From a virus: a stretch of 64,000 bases of DNA. The DNA lies in the IMG/VR virus record IMGVR_UViG_3300042567_000108, positions 1 to 64,000 of that record; one strand, written 5' to 3'. The position numbers and the translations under genes were made by a program. The stretch's first letter is position 1; each line of letters starts with the position of its first letter. The notes under the pieces are model-generated. The model saw only the letters and a list, made by a program, of their open reading frames with translations, did no database searches and was not told where the DNA came from. Below, piece by piece: positions 57,250 to 64,000 of this stretch.

Positions 57250-57426
57250 CTATCCTCCTGTTGAATAGAATCCACTGCCATTAAACTTGACAGGTGGTGC
57301 ACTGTACACCCTTACCATTGGCTCATTACAACTGTCGCAGTAAGGTATGATTTCCTGTTCGGTCATACCCCTACTGATTGTGATAGTGCTTGAGTCAACC
57401 TCACACTTGTATTCATAGCTAGCCAT
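57250..57426 (-). CDS. FmdB-like zinc-ribbon protein
   Basis: YEYKC...F-GSGFYSTGG. Confidence 0.85.
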   Translation of the reverse strand: MASYEYKCEVDSSTITISRGMTEQEIIPYCDSCNEPMVRVYSAPPVKFNGSGFYSTGG

Positions 57427-57601
57427 TTGCTTCTTCCTCTCCAGCCCATGGGTCTCTGTACCTGTACTGTCTTTCCATGTCACGATTGATTGCATCTAGC
57501 AGAGCACTAGGTATTCTTAGAGTTGGTGGCTCTATCATTAATGTTCGATACTCTTCATCGCGCTCGCGCTTCTTAACTATATGATGTAGAAACTCAGTCA
57601 T
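57419..57601 (-). CDS. Hypothetical protein (MTEFLH...)
   Basis: Coupled; N-terminus shared with 58975-59301. Confidence 0.65.
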   Translation of the reverse strand: MTEFLHHIVKKRERDEEYRTLMIEPPTLRIPSALLDAINRDMERQYRYRDPWAGEEEANG

Positions 57602-57818
57602 CTTCTATCTCCGTTCCTTCTGGTGTTGGTGCTGTTGCTAGTGTACCACACTCAGCGCATTCCATGTCAAGGAAGTACATACCAATCTCTCCGTCATCAT
57701 CAAAGATAGTCTTGAGATTCCAAATCTCACAACCACATGGGCACACTAGTGTAGGCTCACCGCGTATGTCCATAGCCTGTGTATAATCAGGCTTCATTTC
57801 CGTTACATGCTTAGCCAT
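57594..57818 (-). CDS. Small Zn-finger protein
   Basis: Homologue 11620-11802. Confidence 0.75.
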   Translation of the reverse strand: MAKHVTEMKPDYTQAMDIRGEPTLVCPCGCEIWNLKTIFDDDGEIGMYFLDMECAECGTLATAPTPEGTEIEDD

Positions 57819-57940
57819 AATCTATCCTCTCTATAAATCATCATAGCAAATACCACATACCCACCATGAAAGCAGTTCCAATAACTCACTCTCGGGTGTT
57901 GGTTCTTCACACCGAGTGCAGTTAATTGTTTCTTCCTCCA

Positions 57941-58333
57941 TTAGTAGTTACCATTCCTTTTCCAATGAGTCCATGCATCGCATGGTGTGCCGTATCTGTA
58001 GAAAATGTAATCAAGCCCACGCTCTATCTGTCGTGGTGCTGGTGTGTCAGGGTCAAGCCCCAACAGTTGTGGAATCCCACCCGCATGCTTCCCCATTACA
58101 CGGATAGGATTAAAGGCATCAGGATTCCAAGCGGATTCCTTACCCCACAATCTGTTGAGACATGACACCTGATTATCTTTCCACTCGTTGAGTTTATCTC
58201 TAGCGTATGCCTTGCTATCTGCCTTACTCCAAATGACTTGCACGCCTTTGTCTGTTGTGTCCGTGGCTGTCTTTGAGTTGTCGGTTAATAGCAGAGCTAC
58301 TACTACGAGCAGTAAGAATGTTAGTGATTTCAT
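57941..58333 (-). CDS. Lytic transglycosylase (SLT-like)
   Basis: Signal peptide, LWGKESAW and GIPQ. Confidence 0.8.
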   Translation of the reverse strand: MKSLTFLLLVVVALLLTDNSKTATDTTDKGVQVIWSKADSKAYARDKLNEWKDNQVSCLNRLWGKESAWNPDAFNPIRVMGKHAGGIPQLLGLDPDTPAPRQIERGLDYIFYRYGTPCDAWTHWKRNGNY

Positions 58334-58659
58334 TTGGTAGTTGCCCTTACTCTGTGTGCGAAGTTAATCATAGACCTGCGATTGTTCCATGTTAATGGGA
58401 CAGATGCAAGTAGGACACGCTCACCAGGTAGAGTGCCTCCCCAAATACCATTGTCTAAGTTCTCTCGTTTCATACCCTCAGTAAAGCATTCAGCCTTGGC
58501 TGGGCATGCGTTACAGATAGATAGCGCGGTCTTTACGTTAGCGATACGTTGCTTGTACTCTGGACTATTTTCATTGACGCGATTGTTCTCAGCGTCGCTG
58601 TCGATAGACTCGCTGAACCATAGGTCAGGGTTCTCATGACCTGTGCATAGACCTTGCAT
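58330..58659 (-). CDS. whiB: WhiB-family transcription factor
   Basis: C...C--CP---EC and GIWGG. Confidence 0.85.
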   Translation of the reverse strand: MQGLCTGHENPDLWFSESIDSDAENNRVNENSPEYKQRIANVKTALSICNACPAKAECFTEGMKRENLDNGIWGGTLPGERVLLASVPLTWNNRRSMINFAHRVRATTK

Positions 58660-58669
58660 ACTCTATCTC

Positions 58670-58777
58670 CTATCTCTCTAGTGCTATCTCTGTCATCTCG
58701 TCGAATTCTTCGTCGAGTTCTTCTTCATCATCATGCCCTAATGCTATGTCGTCGTCAAGTGGTGGCTCGTAACTCAT
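58670..58777 (-). CDS. Acidic micro-protein (MSYEPPLDD...)
   Basis: 35 aa, SD GGGGAG. Confidence 0.65.
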   Translation of the reverse strand: MSYEPPLDDDIALGHDDEEELDEEFDEMTEIALER

Positions 58778-58786
58778 GTTCTCCCC

Positions 58787-58978
58787 TTAGTGTAGTACTG
58801 GTCGGTAGATAGGTATGACAGTAGCATTGACCAGCTTGCTACCGAACGTTGTTGCTTCTTGGATACTAGCGAACACTCCGTATAGTATGCGGTCGCTATC
58901 TACTGTGGTTAGCGTTACAAATCCAACAGGTGGCTGTTCGCTACTGTATTCAAATCCTTGTACTGTTACTGTGCTCAT
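58787..58978 (-). CDS. Hypothetical protein
   Basis: SD GAGAGG. Confidence 0.65.
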   Translation of the reverse strand: MSTVTVQGFEYSSEQPPVGFVTLTTVDSDRILYGVFASIQEATTFGSKLVNATVIPIYRPVLH

Positions 58979-59301
58979 TGTCTATCCTCTCTTAGTTGTT
59001 GTGTGTGTTCTGACCTACAATCCATGCAGTAATACTTGTATTGTACTGTATTACTTAGACTAATGTCAAATACCCACCTATGTTCGCAACCAATAGTGCT
59101 AAAGATAGCACGCACTAGTCGCCATGACGGGGTATCCCACCAATCTTGAACATTTCGTATAACTTCAGGCAGATTATAGATAAGGTTACTATAACATGCT
59201 GGTATGTATACGCCACGATAGAGTGGAGCGTACTGTGCAGGGAATACTGGTGATGATTGACGCTCACGTTGAGCAACAACCTCATGTAGAAACTCTGTCA
59301 T
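58975..59301 (-). CDS. Hypothetical protein with C-H...C--C motif
   Basis: SD GGAG. Confidence 0.65.
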   Translation of the reverse strand: MTEFLHEVVAQRERQSSPVFPAQYAPLYRGVYIPACYSNLIYNLPEVIRNVQDWWDTPSWRLVRAIFSTIGCEHRWVFDISLSNTVQYKYYCMDCRSEHTQQLREDRQ

Positions 59302-59326
59302 AGTATCTCCAATCTATAAAGTTAAG

Positions 59327-59354
59327 TGAGCAGTTTTATGTCGTGCTCAGGACA
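59327..59354 (-). ncRNA. Compact H-type pseudoknot
   Basis: TGTC-CTGAGCAC-GACA-TAAAAC-TGCTCA. Confidence 0.5.
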
Positions 59355-59367
59355 GGTGGCGAAGTTA

Positions 59368-59631
59368 TTACGCTTCGAACACCACTTCTGTGTAGCCTGA
59401 TAGTCTCTCATGTGTAGTGATGAGACCCTTGCTACCAGTAAGGTGCTTGTATGTGCCGTTGCCTAGTGATACCCACATAGACTTAGGCTTGAAGCGTGTC
59501 TGTGAAGGTAGTGCTTTCACGATAGTGCCACGCTTTGGGTAGTCACTTGATGTATCAACTGCGTTGTATGAAATCTCGTCTGCGATAATGCGTAATTCCT
59601 CAGCAAGATTTAGGATTGTGTCGTTAGACAT
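59368..59631 (-). CDS. Hypothetical protein
   Basis: SD GAGAGG. Confidence 0.7.
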   Translation of the reverse strand: MSNDTILNLAEELRIIADEISYNAVDTSSDYPKRGTIVKALPSQTRFKPKSMWVSLGNGTYKHLTGSKGLITTHERLSGYTEVVFEA

Positions 59632-59646
59632 TTGTTACCTCTCTAG

Positions 59647-60450
59647 TTAGTATAGGAAATCGGCAAGGCTTCGTTTGCTTTGCCAATCTTTGTTCGGTGT
59701 GTAACATAGGCAGTCATCTATCATGATTGAACAATCAAAGCATGACTTGCACATGTTACAGTAGTACGGGTTGTCTGTCAAATCCGTGGCAGACTCACAG
59801 TAGGGGCAGACTTCTAAGTCTACATCTACTGTGTAGTCCCACAGTTTGTCGGTATAATCTATGGCTTTGACAGGCTCTAGGTAGGTAGTACGCTTATGAC
59901 TTTGGTTACTCCACCAGATACCTTCATTGTCCCATGAACCAGCCGACTCGTTGAGTAGATACATAGGGTGTTGTGCTGCTGGGTCACATGTAATGATAGC
60001 AATCTTGCTACCCTTAGCCCAAGTCTCAGCCATAATCCATACGTTATCGTCATCAAGTGCGGACACGCCACCAATTCTAGGTAGTGTATCCTCAGCGAAG
60101 ACACGCGTATCACTACGCTTGTCGGACTTGCCGATACTTATGTCAAGCACACCATTGTGTGCTAAGTAAGTACGCTCATCATCACCAACCTTGAAGGGGT
60201 GGCAATTCTGTTCGTTCTTAACACCATGTGTGGCGTATCGTGCATGCCACATGGCGTAGCCGTCAGGGAATTGCTTGCGTAATTCCAAGAAGCGTGCAAT
60301 AGATTTTTTAGCAGACATGCTACGCTCTGAGATAATCCTATCACCAGCATGAATAGCAAAGCCAAATCCGTGTGGATTACTACACGCACCAGCGTGTAAG
60401 TCTGCTTTGTTTGGTGTGGAGTTTGGCTCGCACACTACAAGTAAGCACAT
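59647..60450 (-). CDS. Class II (Ntn) glutamine amidotransferase with Cys-rich tail
   Basis: N-terminal MC, NPHG-G, H-RYAT, N-HPF, HNG and SDT motifs. Confidence 0.9.
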   Translation of the reverse strand: MCLLVVCEPNSTPNKADLHAGACSNPHGFGFAIHAGDRIISERSMSAKKSIARFLELRKQFPDGYAMWHARYATHGVKNEQNCHPFKVGDDERTYLAHNGVLDISIGKSDKRSDTRVFAEDTLPRIGGVSALDDDNVWIMAETWAKGSKIAIITCDPAAQHPMYLLNESAGSWDNEGIWWSNQSHKRTTYLEPVKAIDYTDKLWDYTVDVDLEVCPYCESATDLTDNPYYCNMCKSCFDCSIMIDDCLCYTPNKDWQSKRSLADFLY

Positions 60451-60462
60451 AGTATCATCTCC

Positions 60463-61758
60463 CTAAGCGTTAGCAGTTATCTTGTTGTTGATGTCTACTG
60501 ATTGTATCTTGTCCAACCTAGAGTATAGGTCGGGGTAGAGTCCATTGTTGGACACTACATAGTCAGCAAACCACTCCCAAGATAGTGCGCCAAGTTTGAC
60601 GTCATCTAGTCGTAGTTCCCTAGTGTATTCTACCATGGCTTGTGCTAAGTCTAGGGCACTTAACACGCCACTTGTTTTCATTGTGCCCCTGAAGAAGCGC
60701 AATTCTATGGTGTTCTTGTTCTGCGTATTGACGGCTGAGTATCTCTCTGTGCTGTGTCGGTCGGGGTTGCCGACCTTGTGCTTGATAGAGAATACGGGGC
60801 GGTCATACTCGTCAAAGGTGTACACATCATTGAACCTTGCGAAGCGTGACTTACGACCCGCAAACTTCATCATGTGTGGTGCGTTGTGGTACACAAAGGC
60901 TATGAACCTATGCAAGTGTGCGCCACTACTAAATCCGTCACGACTTAGGTGTATGTGCAGACCACATGTGTCTGTATCCCACGACCTAGCGTCATAGTCC
61001 TTGCGTAGTGTCTCTATGGTATTCCATAGCGTTGCACTATTGTCGCGGTATTCTTGGTGCGTATGTGGGTGAGTAACTATCTCGAACCCACTAGTAATAC
61101 TTCCGTCATGTTTGAGGTAGGCAGTACCTTGCAAGGCACTAGAAGCAAAGTACGCACCCTCATCTACGCGTGGCATCTCTGTCTCTAGCTCAAAGCCGAG
61201 ATACATCTTGCGCTTACTGACACCCTTAAAGATAGGTGCTGGCTTGCATGAGTAGTCGTGGATAGTACCGCTTGCGCGGTAGCCACGGCAACACTTACCC
61301 TCTACACTATCGCTCTCACGACAATCGCAAGGGTAATCATTGTGGTATGACTCATCACAGTCATCACAGTAGTAGCAGTTATCAGAGAAGCAACTCTCAC
61401 AGTATGGGTTATCCCCAACGTAGGTTGTACTCTCTGATGACGACTCGCAACAATTCTCACAGTAGTAACTGTAATTCTCGTAGCAATAGTCGCACCAATC
61501 CTCGTTATCTACTGTGTGGCTATTCTCACTAGGCATGCCGTCCTCACAGCGGTCACAGTGACTAGCGCAACTTGTACACCAATACTCACCATTGACAATG
61601 ATGTTGTCCTCAGTGTCGCGTATGTCGTTGCACTCATGGCAACTGAACACGCAATCGGTGCAGTAAGTGTAGTCGTTGAGGACTAACTCATCACCCGACT
61701 CTATCTTGTTAGAGCATGTGTGGCATGCTAAAGTCTCGTTATCCTCCATGTATCTCAC
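60463..61758 (-). CDS. Putative amidoligase (COOH-NH2 ligase type 2) with poly-CxxC N-terminus
   Basis: GFELE, HDGSI, FEIVTHP, CGLHIH, RYSAVN and TIELR-FRGT motifs. Confidence 0.85.
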   Translation of the reverse strand: MRYMEDNETLACHTCSNKIESGDELVLNDYTYCTDCVFSCHECNDIRDTEDNIIVNGEYWCTSCASHCDRCEDGMPSENSHTVDNEDWCDYCYENYSYYCENCCESSSESTTYVGDNPYCESCFSDNCYYCDDCDESYHNDYPCDCRESDSVEGKCCRGYRASGTIHDYSCKPAPIFKGVSKRKMYLGFELETEMPRVDEGAYFASSALQGTAYLKHDGSITSGFEIVTHPHTHQEYRDNSATLWNTIETLRKDYDARSWDTDTCGLHIHLSRDGFSSGAHLHRFIAFVYHNAPHMMKFAGRKSRFARFNDVYTFDEYDRPVFSIKHKVGNPDRHSTERYSAVNTQNKNTIELRFFRGTMKTSGVLSALDLAQAMVEYTRELRLDDVKLGALSWEWFADYVVSNNGLYPDLYSRLDKIQSVDINNKITANA

Positions 61759-61793
61759 CCCCTCTCGCTGTATAGTCGTAGTATAGCATGGCG

Positions 61794-61982
61794 TTAAGCC
61801 TTTGTCAATTCTCTCGCGTTGTCTATAATTGCGTCCGCAATCTTTGAGCGCAAGCCTTGTACCTCTAGCACTAGGCTAGGGAAATCGTTGCGCTTATGGG
61901 TATCCTCTTGCAATCGTAGTGCAAGTCGGATAACCTCGACCTCACGTTGTGTAAGGTCTAACAATAGGTTATCGTGCGTCAT
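61794..61982 (-). CDS. Small helical hypothetical protein
   Basis: SD GAGGGG. Confidence 0.65.
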   Translation of the reverse strand: MTHDNLLLDLTQREVEVIRLALRLQEDTHKRNDFPSLVLEVQGLRSKIADAIIDNARELTKA

Positions 61983-62109
61983 AGTACCCCTCGTAACGGC
62001 GTAGTCTACGTTCTAACACATAGACTCTACGAAAGGCTATCAATAGTACCATGTTCACCGATAGCAAGGCTATCATTAGGGCGAACATGTCACTTGTAGA
62101 TAGTGTCAT
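61969..62109 (-). CDS. Small membrane protein (46 aa)
   Basis: SD GAGAGG; TM helix plus basic tail; not in the ORF track. Confidence 0.6.
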   Translation of the reverse strand: MTLSTSDMFALMIALLSVNMVLLIAFRRVYVLERRLRRYEGYYDAR

Positions 62110-62253
62110 GTCTAACCTCTCTCACAAGGACACCATGAGCCTAGATTAAGTTTGCCACACTTAGGACAAGTCCAAAACCTATCCTTGCGTGGGTCGCTTT
62201 CACTAGCCACTTGATACCCCTATCTTATCATGGGCTTGACGCTTTGTCAAGTC

Positions 62254-62300
62254 GTGCCACGCTAGGTCGTGAACCTATGTAGCCTATCGCTAGGCGTGGC
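62254..62300 (-). ncRNA. Anticodon-less tRNA-like mini-element, copy 1
   Basis: GCCACG/CGTGGC outer stem, TAGC/GCTA arm, TAGG-TTCACGA-CCTA arm. Confidence 0.5.
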
Positions 62301-62306
62301 GTAATT

Positions 62307-62612
62307 CTAGTCGTTCGCGTCTATGTGGACGCTAGGTAGCGTGGCGCGAAAGGTCTGCTCGCGTTCGGCTAGTGCAAGTTCACGCGCTAGGCGTTCTTGT
62401 GTGGCTTCATCAAGGGTAGGTAGTACGCGCTCAACCTTAGGGCGGTTGGTCGTGACGGCATGGCGTGTGCGTGTGCGCTTAATGCGTACGGCTTTACCAT
62501 GTTGCGTGTCCGTAAGTCGTGCCCCGATAGTGCCCAAGCGTCTATCAGACGCATGAACCTTGCGTGGCGTGACTACGATACTACCTAAACCCCCGTAAGG
62601 GTTGTAGGTCAA
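62307..62612 (-). CDS. Arg-rich first early protein
   Basis: TTG start after GAGAGG (track start 62630). Confidence 0.6.
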   Translation of the reverse strand: MTYNPYGGLGSIVVTPRKVHASDRRLGTIGARLTDTQHGKAVRIKRTRTRHAVTTNRPKVERVLPTLDEATQERLARELALAEREQTFRATLPSVHIDAND

Positions 62613-62657
62613 GTGTCTATCCTCTCTCATGCTTAGCCTAGCAACATGCTAGGTCTA

Positions 62658-62702
62658 GTGTCGCGCTAGGTTGTGAGCCTAGTATAGCCTACGCTACGCG
62701 AC
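62658..62702 (-). ncRNA. Anticodon-less tRNA-like mini-element, copy 2
   Basis: GTCGCG/CGCGAC outer stem, TAGC/GCTA arm, CTAGG-CTCACAA-CCTAG arm. Confidence 0.5.
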
Positions 62703-62995
62703 TTGTCAAGTCGGACACAATAGAGTCGTGTTACCCAACCCCGAGGGTCTGCTACTAGGTAACGAGTCAAGCCTATCATGTCTCTATTGACTTGTCAAGT
62801 GATGACGCTCTAACTCTCGTTAGGTCTTTCACTTGTTGGAGATAACTTTACACTATCCCCTAGCCTTTGTCAAGTCTCACGACTTGTCGGGCGTGTCGTA
62901 CTTTGTGACCCTTTGGGGTTATTCCCCTATCCGATTACAAGACAAAGACTACACGCTCACCATGCCAAAGTCAAGCCCGACACACGCTCAACCTT

Positions 62996-63011
62996 TGTGA
63001 TTTAGGTCACA
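62996..63011. promoter_or_regulatory. CRP/GlxR-type box
   Basis: TGTGA-TTTAGG-TCACA, perfect consensus. Confidence 0.65.
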
Positions 63012-63074
63012 CCCCATAATCGCATACACGCATAGACGCTAAATAGAAAGGTATAACCCAAGACCCCTAGAAGT

Positions 63075-63151
63075 CTGAGAGTTTCCTGAGAGTTTCCTGA
63101 GAGGATAACTACCTGAGAGTTTCCTGAGAAATTATTGTGTGCCCCCTGAGA
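63075..63151 (+). repeat. Six CTGAGA-core repeats
   Basis: Starts at 63075, 63086, 63097, 63113, 63124 and 63146. Confidence 0.9.
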
Positions 63152-63267
63152 AATTACTGTGTCGGGTAGATAGTCGGTAAATAGATAAATACCTAAATAG
63201 ATAACACGCTAAAGAGATTTATCGACAATTCATAGATACCCTAACCCTATACTAGAGACTTAGACAT

Positions 63268-63441
63268 TATGACCCCCGATTGTTTAATTCGAGTGCACGG
63301 GTCGGATATAGTATCCCATAAAAAATTTCTGTTATATAATACTATAGCCCCCCTATATATAGCCCTGACCAGGGCTTTTAAAAATATATTGGTTTCAGTT
63401 GTTCGGTTTTACGATTTGAACAGGTTATCTTATATGTATAG
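63268..63441 (+). promoter_or_regulatory. Conserved pre-terminase element
   Basis: Collinear motifs shared with 23752-23920. Confidence 0.55.
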
Positions 63442-63571
63442 AAATACATATACGGAGTCGCTCCGTTTAAGACTCCGCGACTCTTATATATTATATAATA
63501 TATTATATATATGGGGAAGTTCTGCCGTTAATCGGCCAGCGTTAAATGACTGTAAATGATGGGGACAACTG

Positions 63572-64000
63572 ATGGGTAGAAAACCTGGGATTCAGAATAT
63601 CCCTAAGCGCGAGGCGCAAGAGAAGGCCTTGCAGCAACTGAGTCAGGGTAGCACGATTACCCAGGCTATGGCCTCCGTGGGCCGCTCAGATGTGGCATTC
63701 CGCCAATGGTCAGCAACTGACCCTGAGTTCAAAGCACGTGCCGAGGCTGCTCGCCTCGAGGGTAAAGGCATCAAGACTGACCTAAAGGAGCTGGGAGATA
63801 TTTCCTTTCCAGACTTCTCTGAGCAGTTTCTAGACACTAAGCTCTTTGACCATCACCTTGACTGGGTAGACCTAATTGAGGGCCGTGAGCCTCGCTGGTT
63901 AGACCCAGCCATGACCTACGAGCCAGGAGCGGCTAACCGTGTTCTCATTAACGTACCGCCTGAGCATGCTAAAAGTACGGTCATTACGACTAACTACGTC
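63572..64000 (+). CDS. terL: Terminase large subunit, 5' fragment (phage Y)
   Basis: MGRKPG...LINVPPEHAKSTVIT; homologue of 24024-25934; runs off the window. Confidence 0.9.
   Translation, partial: MGRKPGIQNIPKREAQEKALQQLSQGSTITQAMASVGRSDVAFRQWSATDPEFKARAEAARLEGKGIKTDLKELGDISFPDFSEQFLDTKLFDHHLDWVDLIEGREPRWLDPAMTYEPGAANRVLINVPPEHAKSTVITTNYV

Larger units (their letters stand above)
61780..62974 (-). promoter_or_regulatory. Array of six sigma-A-type promoters
   Basis: TTGAC(A/T)-N17-TANNNT with -35 boxes at 62974, 62873, 62798, 62709, 62250 and 61808. Confidence 0.85.
46884..64000. mobile_element. Phage Y, right part (tail, lysis, replication, early genes, start of terminase); left part is 1-~7535
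   Basis: Divergent homologues of phage X genes; contains AGCT sites, as does 1-7180. Confidence 0.65.

Noticed and set aside
62254-62702. Canonical tRNA genes or tRNA-derived attP
   Set aside because: Only about 47 nt with no anticodon arm, and no integrase present
63075-63160. CRISPR array
   Set aside because: 11-bp units with no unique spacers and no cas operon; the Cas4-like gene is a typical phage exonuclease
23750-63260. Genome boundaries at the terminase-upstream regions (simple end-to-end concatenation)
   Set aside because: Not fully excluded, but there is no long shared sequence there and the AGCT distribution fits junctions in the tail module better
1-64000. Recent tandem duplication of a single genome
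   Set aside because: The copies are too divergent and differ in gene content, orientation and AGCT usage
1-64000. Stop-codon reassignment
   Set aside because: Genes tile densely under the standard code and end in TAA, TAG and TGA

Overview
The window is entirely tailed-phage DNA. It looks like small (~39 kb) podovirus-like phages of Actinobacteria: WhiB-like regulators, a sigma-like factor, TANNNT -10 boxes, no DNA polymerase and no integrase. It holds about 1.6 genome equivalents from two related but clearly divergent phages. The gene set from the capsid C-terminus through tail, lysis, replication and early genes to the terminase appears twice, about 39 kb apart. The best-supported reading is a figure-of-eight join. 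One complete circularly permuted genome ('phage X', ~7.5-46.9 kb, 39,348 bp) sits inside a second genome ('phage Y', 1-~7.5 kb and ~46.9-64 kb), joined at a 154-bp exact repeat in a near-identical tail module. AGCT sites occur only outside X, which supports this. Having two relatives side by side reveals conserved non-coding structures. These include anticodon-less tRNA-like mini-elements with compensatory changes, a three-way-junction/pseudoknot leader resembling an xrRNA, structured leaders after the capsid gene and before the scaffold gene, a six-promoter early array with a perfect CRP box, and a conserved pre-terminase element. Other notable features are cassette-like tail genes with conserved borders, a highly conserved cluster of Lys-rich mini-proteins, and an early amidoligase/GATase pair. 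Protein family calls come from motif recognition and gene order only; no searches were run, and motif counts were done by eye.
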